A program made the translations under genes and the position numbers. A DNA stretch of 24,944 bases from Candidatus Thalassarchaeaceae archaeon (lineage in GTDB: Archaea; Thermoplasmatota; Poseidoniia; Poseidoniales; Thalassarchaeaceae), in the NCBI GenBank assembly GCA_030747675.1, contig JASLKH010000043.1, forward strand, positions 1 through 24,944, read 5' to 3'. Within the stretch, counting starts at the first letter, position 1; every line of letters begins with the position of its first letter. The notes beneath the pieces were generated by a model. The model did not search any database, was not told where the DNA came from, and saw only the letters and a program-made list of their open reading frames with translations. Positions 16,500 through 24,920 of the stretch are shown in pieces.

Positions 16500-17558
16500 G
16501 TGGACCTTGAAATCGCCGAGAATATTGGACTGGGGCAAGCCCGACGTCCTGAACGAACTCCACCCCCCGGAACAGAAACAAATGGTGAGATGGATGAAGC
16601 GTTGTCCATGTTTTGGTATCGTGATTTATTAAGGTTCAAATATGGTACAAAGGAGCCTGAATATGATCCATTGTGGGGCATACATGTAAATGCAGATACA
16701 CTTGTAGAGTGGACTGCGGGAATCGCAACTGCAATGGAAAGGGATGGCGTTCCTAATGCTCCCGATTTAGCCCTTGATTTAGCATTTATTTTTGGATTCG
16801 ACCACTGCTTTTTCCATCATTGTGTCGATGCCCAAATCAGTCAGCACATGCTGCGATTACATGCTATTGGGGTAGAAATGCCGCCTTTGCGACAAGAATA
16901 CAGTATTGCTTGTGAACGATTGCATCTATCAAAAAATAAACCACAATGGTGGCTCATTGTTGAGGAAGCATTGGCAAATGCGCATGTTGCTCGAGACCCC
17001 ACCAGGTTAGGTGGCCTTAGAGAGGCCTTCATTCGATATGGGATCTTGCCGCAACCCAATGATGTAACTCGAGGGCCTTGGGCACTATGGGAGCAAGTTG
17101 CAATGGATGATGACGCATTTGACTCATTGTCCCACATGGTCTGGTTACAACATTTAACCGGTGATTTAGACCCCCTTGGAATTTTACCTTTACTCGAAAT
17201 AATGATCGAAGAACGTGGTATAGATCACACCTTCAATGAATTTATTGAATCCATAAAAATGGCAACTGAAGTCGGAAACGCATGTACTGAAATTGATTGG
17301 GTCGGAAATAATTTAGGGGTTCCAAAAATGCATGCATTGGGAGGTTTTAAAGAAGGTATTTTTCGCAGATTAGATGTCCCTATTTGGTTCCATGGTGGGC
17401 ATGGCCCCGAATTGGAAAAACGGTATGACACCTCGAATGGTGAATGGCCATATGGAACGATAGAGAGGCTCTACAGTCACTTCAGAGTAAGTGAGATTGA
17501 TGATGGTTCTGATGATCCTTTTGAATCGAATGATGATGATTTTGAATTATCACCATAG
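16500..17558 (+). CDS. Hypothetical protein with degenerate zincin-like motif (HCFFH ... EEALANAH), 352 aa
   Basis: The track start at 16347 overlaps rqcH head-to-head. GTG 16500 has TTATG 23 nt upstream. The exact start is uncertain. Confidence 0.7.
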   Translation: MDLEIAENIGLGQARRPERTPPPGTETNGEMDEALSMFWYRDLLRFKYGTKEPEYDPLWGIHVNADTLVEWTAGIATAMERDGVPNAPDLALDLAFIFGFDHCFFHHCVDAQISQHMLRLHAIGVEMPPLRQEYSIACERLHLSKNKPQWWLIVEEALANAHVARDPTRLGGLREAFIRYGILPQPNDVTRGPWALWEQVAMDDDAFDSLSHMVWLQHLTGDLDPLGILPLLEIMIEERGIDHTFNEFIESIKMATEVGNACTEIDWVGNNLGVPKMHALGGFKEGIFRRLDVPIWFHGGHGPELEKRYDTSNGEWPYGTIERLYSHFRVSEIDDGSDDPFESNDDDFELSP

Positions 17559-17592
17559 GTGATGTTCAAGGCTTACCGATATATCGGGAACC

Positions 17593-19089
17593 ATGCCCGA
17601 CTGTGATGGACCCCAATGCGATCCTGAGGCTGAGAAACCGTTGCTACCTAAGTGGCTCGCTTGGACTTGGCCAACCCATTGGGGGTGGTGGATACTGTGG
17701 GGGATTGGTTTCTTCGTCGCCGGATATGGTGCATTTTTATTACTTACAGATATGGCTACTAGCTTCTTAACTATCGGTTTAGGGCTCTTTCTCATCGGTT
17801 ATTGCCATCCAAACCCATTTGGTCAAATGATGAAAAACCAATTTAGTTTTGGAACCGATAAAGAAGGATGGAGTACACCCCCATTGCCACCAATGGATCC
17901 TGATGACTGGCACTTGGACCGGAAACTTTGGAATGAAGATGTCGGGGCTTGGCTGCCAAACCCCTTAGCTCGATTTTCCCAAGATGTGCCAAATGTCTAT
18001 GTCGAAGAAGATGGTGGAGAATGGGTTGCTTTTTTTGAGGGGAATGAACCAAAGCGGTTCACCACACCTAAAGAAGCGGCAGAATACATGGAAAAAGAAA
18101 TCAAAAATGGTGAAAAAATTGATGCTCAAGAATTACTTTTTGGGGAGCATCCGCGACATAATCGCTACAGGGCTTTGTACAATGCGACGCCTCCACAATT
18201 CACTTCACGGTTTATATTTCATACATTCTCAGTTTTTTTTATCATTGGATTCTATTTAGCAATCCCTCACTCGGCGAGGGAAAACACACCTGTGTTAAGT
18301 TATCTTCCAATCGGGCTAATGGTGTTAGGTGCACTCGCAGCAATTGGTAGTCATTACGCGTATAGATCCAGTGTTGAAGCATGGGACACCATTACTTCAA
18401 TCATCAAGTATGTCGATGGTGGGCATGGTGAATTAGTCGGCCAAATTAGACCGATCTCAAGTTTGGAACAAGGTGTGCTACATGTTGATGGATGTAAGGC
18501 AGCATCTTGGACATTTGACGACCTTGTCGCTTGGTCTTGGGCCTACACTTGTACCGAAACTTGGACTGAAAGGTATTACGATGAACAAAGCAAGTCTTGG
18601 AAAACAAGAACCCGATCTGAAACCCGAACTATTCGTAGTGCCAGTCACACCTCTGATTTCATGATTCATGATGGCACCGGTGGGATGGCTGTCAAATTGC
18701 CCACGTTTGATCGAATCAACATGGGGGGTCCAATATGGTCTAGGGAGAGGCGTCCTCAGCAAGGTGGTGACAAATTAGCTGAGTCGAGGCATGGTGGTTC
18801 ACTAAAGCACGCATGGACCCTTTCTGCACTGAGATTAGGAGATCCCATTTACATGATGGCGAGAATAAAATCACGTCCACAGGACGATATTCCACGTGGT
18901 ACTGTGGGTTTCAATGCCACCCGCGTGCACCAAACATTGGAAGCCGTTGGTGAAGATGCACCAAGAAGAAGAGCGAAGATTACCAAAGGTAATGAATTCT
19001 CAGTTTTATCCGCAAAGAATTCTATCACCAGTAGACTAGGGCCCCTAATGTTACTAATTATGGGTGCTCTAGTGATGATGGTACTTTGA
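17593..19089 (+). CDS. Multi-TM membrane protein with GIDE/BAM-like (MUL1-type) domain
   Basis: Two pairs of N-terminal TMs and a C-terminal TM. Motifs GELVGQIRP, DFMIHDGTGGMAV and LRLGDPIYMMA are typical of GIDE-domain proteins. Adjacent to lemA. TTCAA lies 23 nt upstream. Confidence 0.7.
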   Translation: MPDCDGPQCDPEAEKPLLPKWLAWTWPTHWGWWILWGIGFFVAGYGAFLLLTDMATSFLTIGLGLFLIGYCHPNPFGQMMKNQFSFGTDKEGWSTPPLPPMDPDDWHLDRKLWNEDVGAWLPNPLARFSQDVPNVYVEEDGGEWVAFFEGNEPKRFTTPKEAAEYMEKEIKNGEKIDAQELLFGEHPRHNRYRALYNATPPQFTSRFIFHTFSVFFIIGFYLAIPHSARENTPVLSYLPIGLMVLGALAAIGSHYAYRSSVEAWDTITSIIKYVDGGHGELVGQIRPISSLEQGVLHVDGCKAASWTFDDLVAWSWAYTCTETWTERYYDEQSKSWKTRTRSETRTIRSASHTSDFMIHDGTGGMAVKLPTFDRINMGGPIWSRERRPQQGGDKLAESRHGGSLKHAWTLSALRLGDPIYMMARIKSRPQDDIPRGTVGFNATRVHQTLEAVGEDAPRRRAKITKGNEFSVLSAKNSITSRLGPLMLLIMGALVMMVL

Positions 19090-19818
19090 TTACTCATTCA
19101 TCTGTTCTTTGAGGGCTGCAAGTCGGGCTTTTGCCTCAAGCAACTCCGCCTCTGCCTCAATTGCCTCAATTTCATCCTTGAACTTCTCAGTCTTGACATC
19201 TGCTTCGGAGCGTTTTGATTCAACGAAACTACCCAAATCAGCACGACGATCAAACATGTGTGCAACTTGTTCATCGGAATACTGATCGAACAGGTCTGCC
19301 CGGTCGAATCCAAACATTCGTGCAACAATTATTGAGGGGAACATTTCAATGTAAGTGTTGTAATTTTTTGCTGATTGGTTATATTCCTCCACTTCGCTAG
19401 CCATCTTTGCAATTGCATGGACACCTTCTTCTAACCCTGCAACTAGAACATTATGAGAGGTGAGTTGAGGATTGCTTTCTGCGAAAGCCAATGCCGAGGG
19501 GATGACTGAATCCATCATCCCGGATGCCTTACTCAACGCACTTCTGTCACCTGAACTCTTAGCTTGAGCAAACATCTTTCGAGCCTCTACAATCTTATCG
19601 TAAACTTCACTCTCAAGGCCTAGTTGCGCTAAATCTGTCTGTTCGACTAAGGCAACTTTTTGATCTTTTACGCCAACTTGAGTTTCAAGATTCTGGTATT
19701 GATTTTCAACCTCATTACGCAAATCAACCATTCGGTTGTAGGTACTCATAATCCAAAGAAGAATCATCAGAAGTACGATTCCGCCAGCAACAAGTAATAC
19801 CAATGTGGTAGCATCCAT
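19090..19818 (-). CDS. lemA: LemA family protein with C-terminal coiled-coil extension
   Basis: N-terminal TM followed by YNRMVDLRNEVENQYQNLE, AFAESNPQL and YNQSAKNYNTYIEMFPSIIVARMFGF. Confidence 0.9.
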   Translation of the reverse strand: MDATTLVLLVAGGIVLLMILLWIMSTYNRMVDLRNEVENQYQNLETQVGVKDQKVALVEQTDLAQLGLESEVYDKIVEARKMFAQAKSSGDRSALSKASGMMDSVIPSALAFAESNPQLTSHNVLVAGLEEGVHAIAKMASEVEEYNQSAKNYNTYIEMFPSIIVARMFGFDRADLFDQYSDEQVAHMFDRRADLGSFVESKRSEADVKTEKFKDEIEAIEAEAELLEAKARLAALKEQMNE

Positions 19819-19847
19819 ACGTCCCGGACAGGGGAGTGGCTCTTATC

Positions 19848-20723
19848 CTAATCGCAGTGTAGTTTTTCCCAATTATCAATATCTTTGATTAAATCAGCCT
19901 CATGCGCGTATTGATTACTCGGTACATTGACTATTACCCCGTTACCTAAGTTATTCGCGATACGATGTGCAGCACCATCTTCATGTAGAGTATCGGATTC
20001 AGCGGCACAAATTGCTACTGGAAAAGAAATTTTATCTAAGTCCATCGTTAATTTGTATTTTCTATTTGCTTGTAAACTTCGTTTTAGACGAAGTAAGTGT
20101 GCTTGAGTCAGAGTTCGTTTGTATCTAACGTATTGGGCTGGTTCATTAAGCCTCCATTTGAGATAAATCAATCCAACTCTGATGAGGGGGGCGTAGCACC
20201 ACCAAGGAGCCATGGTCAAGGGAACCATCCATGTTGGGAACTTGAATTTCGCATTAGGTGCAATCAGAAAGGCCCCTTTACCAGCAATTTTTTCGTCAAG
20301 GAACCCCTCCAGTATTGCCGTAGCACCCAATGAAGACCCAAACCACAGTATTTCTTCTTCCTTCCCGATATGCTTTGCAATGCATTCTAAATCGTTAGTA
20401 TGGCAGACCATTGAGAAGTCGCGTGGGCGTAATGATTTGGATACTTGAGCAGATCTCTTTTCACGTGTTTCAACGTAATGAATTGTACGACATTCAACCC
20501 ATTTGGATAACAATGGAGCCCATCCATCCATCACACTTGCCCAGCCTGCTACAAAAATCACTGGAGATTTGGAAGATTTCTTTTTTGGAGTAAATGTGTA
20601 TACTTGTAGGGAGAATTCACCTGATGCTCGGATATTTTGAGATTGGATGTCACAATCGGGACTTCCAAGAAGATTTCTCACATATTCGATATCCATTATT
20701 CTCCCCTCCTTATCGAAACTCAT
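19848..20723 (-). CDS. Alpha/beta hydrolase
   Basis: Oxyanion segment IFVAGW, nucleophile elbow GSSLG, acid residue in AESD and His in YAHE. ATGA overlap with the upstream Nudix-MBL gene. Confidence 0.85.
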   Translation of the reverse strand: MSFDKEGRIMDIEYVRNLLGSPDCDIQSQNIRASGEFSLQVYTFTPKKKSSKSPVIFVAGWASVMDGWAPLLSKWVECRTIHYVETREKRSAQVSKSLRPRDFSMVCHTNDLECIAKHIGKEEEILWFGSSLGATAILEGFLDEKIAGKGAFLIAPNAKFKFPTWMVPLTMAPWWCYAPLIRVGLIYLKWRLNEPAQYVRYKRTLTQAHLLRLKRSLQANRKYKLTMDLDKISFPVAICAAESDTLHEDGAAHRIANNLGNGVIVNVPSNQYAHEADLIKDIDNWEKLHCD

Positions 20724-22183
20724 TGAATCCTTCCTTCTTTACGTAATGCATCCAAGTGACTTTTTGTTTGATCTAATTTGAGGGCTGGGTGTGCATCAGG
20801 TGTATCCCCATAGGCTTCATCACTAATTTCGTTAATATCACGTAGACCTCTTTTCCAAGCACTAAATACGGATTCATGACGCTTCTCCCGGTGTTTGATA
20901 TAATGACTCAATAAGCGATTAGGATTTGTAACTACAGGCCCATGCCCTGGAAATAACAAATTAGCATCAATTTCTCTAAGTCTATGCAGTCCTTGAATGT
21001 AAGTAGTCATATCACCTTCATTGCTAGGGACAAGGATTGTACCAATTTGAGCCACATTATCTGCTGATATGATTCCTGCCTGAGAAATAAGGCAAATTTG
21101 TCCAGGGCAATGCCCTGGTGTTTCGATTATATCCCATTTTACTTGCCCATTAACTCCACTCAAGGTGAAGGATTCTCCTTCTGAAATTATAGAACTTAAC
21201 TCGCAATGGGGGATTGATGCAAGTGTTTCTTGGGTAGCCCAAATTGGTGCAACATATATCTCTGAAATTTCATCCAAATTGCCAACATGGTCCTTATGGC
21301 GATGAGTAAATATCGTAGCTATAATTTCAGAGCCCGATTCCAGTACCTGCTTAATTTTCTCCTTCAGCATTGATAGCCCATCTTCATCTCTGGCTGCAGG
21401 ATCAACAATAACTCGCTGCCCACCGGGTTCTCCAAGAATATAGCAATTAGTATGAGTTGAAGGCGGCAGTGTTGCTGTTGGAATAGGAAGACATTCAACG
21501 CCAGGCGCAAATTCAATGCGAACATTCTCTCTCTGAGGGGATTTGGCCATATTCTTGATTGAAGATTCAATGGGGCCCTCGCAAAGTTCACGGAGTATCA
21601 TTATCAGAGGAGGGGGAATTCGAATAAGATGAGAATTCCATTCATCCAATAACTGCTGAGGTGTTGCCCACCGATATTCATCAAACTCAGGTCTTTCACC
21701 GAATTCAAGTATAGGTTCAGCTTCGCATTCAACAGTAAAAAAATGATTTCTAAATCTTAAGGGAGCTAAAGGAGGGGTTGTCCTTTCACTGAACAAAATG
21801 AAATCTCCTGCATCAATGCCAATTTCCGCACTTTCCACGGCATTGAGCCAATTTTTCTTATCACTCAAAATACGTAGACGTAAGTCCGAATCGACTTGTA
21901 CAAATCCCTGACTAACTGGCGCAAGTCCAACTTCCTCAACAATCTCACGCAAGAGGGCAACAAGAGCAACTCTCTCATCATCATCTCTCTCTGTGAACCA
22001 TTCGGGGTGAGCAGCAAGTGCTGCGCGATCTACGCGGCTAACTCCACCTCCAGGGAAAGCCCAGTAATCCGGGAAAGATGGGACTGTGGATACACGGCGG
22101 CAGATGAGGATTTCATCACCTCTTCGCAGCATTACAGAAGCGGATGGGCGGGGGGGGTGCGGTGTGGCACTCTCGACCCTCAT
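20720..22183 (-). CDS. Nudix hydrolase - MBL-fold (LACTB2-like) fusion protein (487 aa; start moved to 22183)
   Basis: PRPSASVML, WAFPGGGV...LLREIVEEVGL (Nudix box with insertion) and ERTTP..RF. MBL motifs THRHKDH, TPGH, SAD and PGHGP. TTCAA lies 23 nt before ATG 22183. Confidence 0.9.
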   Translation of the reverse strand: MRVESATPHPPRPSASVMLRRGDEILICRRVSTVPSFPDYWAFPGGGVSRVDRAALAAHPEWFTERDDDERVALVALLREIVEEVGLAPVSQGFVQVDSDLRLRILSDKKNWLNAVESAEIGIDAGDFILFSERTTPPLAPLRFRNHFFTVECEAEPILEFGERPEFDEYRWATPQQLLDEWNSHLIRIPPPLIMILRELCEGPIESSIKNMAKSPQRENVRIEFAPGVECLPIPTATLPPSTHTNCYILGEPGGQRVIVDPAARDEDGLSMLKEKIKQVLESGSEIIATIFTHRHKDHVGNLDEISEIYVAPIWATQETLASIPHCELSSIISEGESFTLSGVNGQVKWDIIETPGHCPGQICLISQAGIISADNVAQIGTILVPSNEGDMTTYIQGLHRLREIDANLLFPGHGPVVTNPNRLLSHYIKHREKRHESVFSAWKRGLRDINEISDEAYGDTPDAHPALKLDQTKSHLDALRKEGRIQ

Positions 22184-22206
22184 GGGTGTGCGAGCATGCG
22201 ACGGAC

Positions 22207-22211
22207 TTGAA
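22207..22211. promoter_or_regulatory. Candidate bidirectional core promoter TTGAA/TTCAA
   Basis: Exactly 23 nt from ATG 22183 (minus) and 23 nt from ATG 22235 (plus). Confidence 0.55.
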
Positions 22212-22234
22212 GCCTGTCGTCCCTTCGCAGTAGC

Positions 22235-22396
22235 ATGGAGCCATGGGGAATAGAACCGCTTTCGGAAGAAGAAGCGCTTGCTTACGAGATGCGTAGTGAG
22301 AAGATGCGGCGGTTGGCAAAGGTGACATTTGCAATAATGATGACCTGTATGATGGTTACTTGGGTGGGGAAAAATTTCTTCATCGCTCTCCTTTAA
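22235..22396 (+). CDS. Small single-TM membrane protein (53 aa), not in the ORF track
   Basis: MEPWGIEPLSEEEALAYEMRSEKMRRLAKVTFAIMMTCMMVTWVGKNFFIALL. It fills the gap between genes, has a promoter-like element 23 nt upstream, and shows an acidic helix, basic flank and hydrophobic segment. Confidence 0.7.
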   Translation: MEPWGIEPLSEEEALAYEMRSEKMRRLAKVTFAIMMTCMMVTWVGKNFFIALL

Positions 22397-22427
22397 TTTC
22401 ATCAGTCTCCGACACTTCCGCGACCAT

Positions 22428-23261
22428 ATGCGCATCAGTCATAGCACTACAAATGGAGAAGCCTACGTACATGAAATTCCTCAATTCGGCTTGGGCGTAT
22501 TCCTCATGTCAGAAGAGGGGGAATGTAAATCTGCATGTTTGGCTGCACTTGAGGCAGGTTACACACATATAGACACAGCTAGAGCATATAGTAATGAGCA
22601 TGAAGTCGGTGAAGCACTCAAGGAATCTGGTACTAGTCGTGAAGATGTATTCCTCACTACAAAGTTGCGGAGAATGCATGCTATCGGATATGATGAAGTG
22701 TTAGAACATTGCCAAAAGTCACTTGAGTATCTAGATACAGATTACATCGATCTCTATCTTGTTCATGCTCCACCGGAAGATGAAGCACATAGGGAGCCGG
22801 TTTGGAGGGGGATGGAATATTGTCTGGAACAAGGTTGGGTCAAAGCAATTGGAGTTTCTAATTTTGGTGCACACCACCTCGACATGATGCGTTCTTATGC
22901 GAGATATTTACCTGCAGTAAACCAAATCGAAATGAATCCTTGGTTACAGCGACCCGCCCTTAGGGCGGCTACAGAAGCGATTGGAGCCAAGGTCATGGCA
23001 TATTCACCTCTGGCTCGTGGACATAAGTTGGACGACCCAGCCCTACAAGTTATCGCGGAAAGATTAGGTTGCACTCCTGCACAAGTTGCCATAAAATTTT
23101 GTCACGAGATGGGCTGTATCACTATACCGAAATCAAGTAAACCCGAACGAATCTCAGAGAATCTGGCCTCACTAGATGTTGACATATCCAGTGAAATGCA
23201 AGCTATTTCAGCGCTTGAATGTGGATATATATCGGGTTGGGATCCAACTTCCGAACCATAA
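22428..23261 (+). CDS. Aldo/keto reductase (2,5-DKG reductase-like)
   Basis: IDTARAYSNE (catalytic Asp and Tyr), FLTTKL (Lys), YIDLYLVH (His), IGVSNF, NQIEMNP and IPKS. Confidence 0.95.
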   Translation: MRISHSTTNGEAYVHEIPQFGLGVFLMSEEGECKSACLAALEAGYTHIDTARAYSNEHEVGEALKESGTSREDVFLTTKLRRMHAIGYDEVLEHCQKSLEYLDTDYIDLYLVHAPPEDEAHREPVWRGMEYCLEQGWVKAIGVSNFGAHHLDMMRSYARYLPAVNQIEMNPWLQRPALRAATEAIGAKVMAYSPLARGHKLDDPALQVIAERLGCTPAQVAIKFCHEMGCITIPKSSKPERISENLASLDVDISSEMQAISALECGYISGWDPTSEP

Positions 23262-23267
23262 TTTAGG

Positions 23268-23894
23268 TTATTCCAAATCAGAATCCTCAATTTGGTGACC
23301 CATTCTCTCTGCCTTGGTAGACAGATAACCCCTGTTTTCATCTCCAACTCCAACAACAAGGGAGTTTCTATCAGAGACTGCAATACCATGGTTTCGCAGT
23401 TGCTCAACCTTGTCTGGGTTATTTGTGAGAAGATTAACATCAGTTATACCGACTGCTAGTAGCATATCTGCTGCGATTCTGTAGTCTCTCGCATCTGCGG
23501 GATGTCCGAGCATAACATTAGCATCAAGTGTGTCAACACCTTGATCCTGCAAGTTGTATGCCTGAATCTTTGCATGTAGGCCTATACCTCGGCCCTCTTG
23601 GCGTAAATAAATCAGACAACCCCAGCCCTGCTTACTAATTGCATCAAGCGCGGAATCTAATTGTGGCCCACAGTCGCATCGAAGTGAACCTAATGCATCT
23701 CCTGTGAGGCATTCCGAGTGAATACGAACCAATACAGGATCAGGACCTGACATTTCCCCTAAAGTCAGAGCCACATGGTCCAATCCACTTTCTTCATCAT
23801 GGAAAACCCGAATTCTAAATTCGCCATGACTTGTAGGCAATTTTGCGTCAGCAGGGACATCGTCGACTTCTATTAGTGGTGTCATTAAAATCAC
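23268..23894 (-). CDS. ribA: GTP cyclohydrolase II (stand-alone)
   Basis: VRIHSECLTGDALGSLRCDCG (three Zn Cys), YLRQEGRGIGL, LLTNNPDK and YLSTKAERMGH. ATG 23885 is an alternative start. Confidence 0.95.
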   Translation of the reverse strand: MILMTPLIEVDDVPADAKLPTSHGEFRIRVFHDEESGLDHVALTLGEMSGPDPVLVRIHSECLTGDALGSLRCDCGPQLDSALDAISKQGWGCLIYLRQEGRGIGLHAKIQAYNLQDQGVDTLDANVMLGHPADARDYRIAADMLLAVGITDVNLLTNNPDKVEQLRNHGIAVSDRNSLVVGVGDENRGYLSTKAERMGHQIEDSDLE

Positions 23895-24127
23895 TCCTTC
23901 TGTATACGATAATGAAATTCACCGGCTTCTTCATTAAAACTGATCAATGTGTCCCCAGTACGATTCAGTAATGCAGGTATATCTGCTTGAGTTTCCGGGT
24001 CATCGGCCATTACAAATATGATTTCACCTTGCTTCATTGATTGAAGTACACGCTTTGTCTCATGCACTGGGACAGGGCAATGAAACCCAAGCACATCAAG
24101 AGTGATATCGGCTAGAGCAGACACCAT
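23891..24127 (-). CDS. tusA: Sulfurtransferase TusA/SirA family (78 aa; start moved to 24127)
   Basis: LDVLGFHCPVPV (CPxP), ADDP...DIP and HYRIQK. TTGAA lies 25 nt before ATG 24127. ATGA overlap with ribA. Confidence 0.9.
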   Translation of the reverse strand: MVSALADITLDVLGFHCPVPVHETKRVLQSMKQGEIIFVMADDPETQADIPALLNRTGDTLISFNEEAGEFHYRIQKE

Positions 24128-24213
24128 TGGCATGCCCTGAAGGCCTATCTTTTTCAATGCGACGGGGTGAAGTGAAGGGATGTCTTGAAGGACATGGATG
24201 TTGTGGATAGCCC

Positions 24214-24915
24214 GTGCGGGCAAAGCGTAAGACACCAACTCCCAAGGATGATTTGTCTTGGAATGAAGTTGGAGAAATGGCGTATGGATACCTGCGAATC
24301 CCATTCGCCCTCATATTTGTAGAACTGATATACTGGTGGGCTACGGATACGACGAATTCCTTCGAGCCATACCAGGCTGGAGTGGCAGTATTATGGGAAT
24401 CTATTGGAAATCTTATTTGGCCTAATTCGTTTGATTTAGTGTGGCACGACACCAGTGCGCTTACTCAAATTAACATGCACAATAAGTTATTTCCTGGTGG
24501 CGAAGTAAGTGTATTCGTCTCTGATGAATGCGTAGGAATGCATGAAATTGTATTCCTTGGAGTATTGATGATGTTGACACCAGGAGTGTCAAATAAAATC
24601 AGAATTCGATCAATTGCTGGAATGGTAATCATTGTTCAAGCACTGAACTTTATTCGGCTGATGGTGCTCTATCCGCTAGCAGTATCTGGATGTGAGGGTG
24701 ATATGGCCAATATGAAGGGGTGTGAAGCGCCTATGCATGAGTTTCACGAATTCATCCTAAGTTCGGGCTTTTTGGCAGTATTAGTATTCATTTGGCTTGG
24801 TTGGTATTATGTCTTAATGCGGAAAGGATTAGTCGATCGAAGCAAACAACCATCTCTAGCCGATTTAGAACAATTCAAGCATCTAAGGTTGCGAGAAAAG
24901 TTGTTAAACAGGTAG
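24214..24915 (+). CDS. Archaeosortase/exosortase family protein
   Basis: Multi-TM protein with Cys in SDECVGMHE, Arg in LNFIRL and His in HEFHEF, in the expected order. TTGAA lies 24 nt before the GTG. Confidence 0.85.
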   Translation: MRAKRKTPTPKDDLSWNEVGEMAYGYLRIPFALIFVELIYWWATDTTNSFEPYQAGVAVLWESIGNLIWPNSFDLVWHDTSALTQINMHNKLFPGGEVSVFVSDECVGMHEIVFLGVLMMLTPGVSNKIRIRSIAGMVIIVQALNFIRLMVLYPLAVSGCEGDMANMKGCEAPMHEFHEFILSSGFLAVLVFIWLGWYYVLMRKGLVDRSKQPSLADLEQFKHLRLREKLLNR

Positions 24916-24920
24916 TCAAT

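Noticed and set aside
22150-22157. G8 homopolymer near the 5' end of the Nudix-MBL gene as a phase-variation tract
   Set aside because: It is short, in frame, and encodes the P-P-R-P lead-in usual before the first Nudix strand.
22184-22435. His/Cys-rich 84-aa N-terminal extension of the Nudix-MBL ORF as a metal-binding domain
   Set aside because: It is the antisense of the 53-aa plus-strand ORF and the start of the AKR gene. The Nudix domain begins right after Met 22183, which has a promoter-like element at 23 nt.
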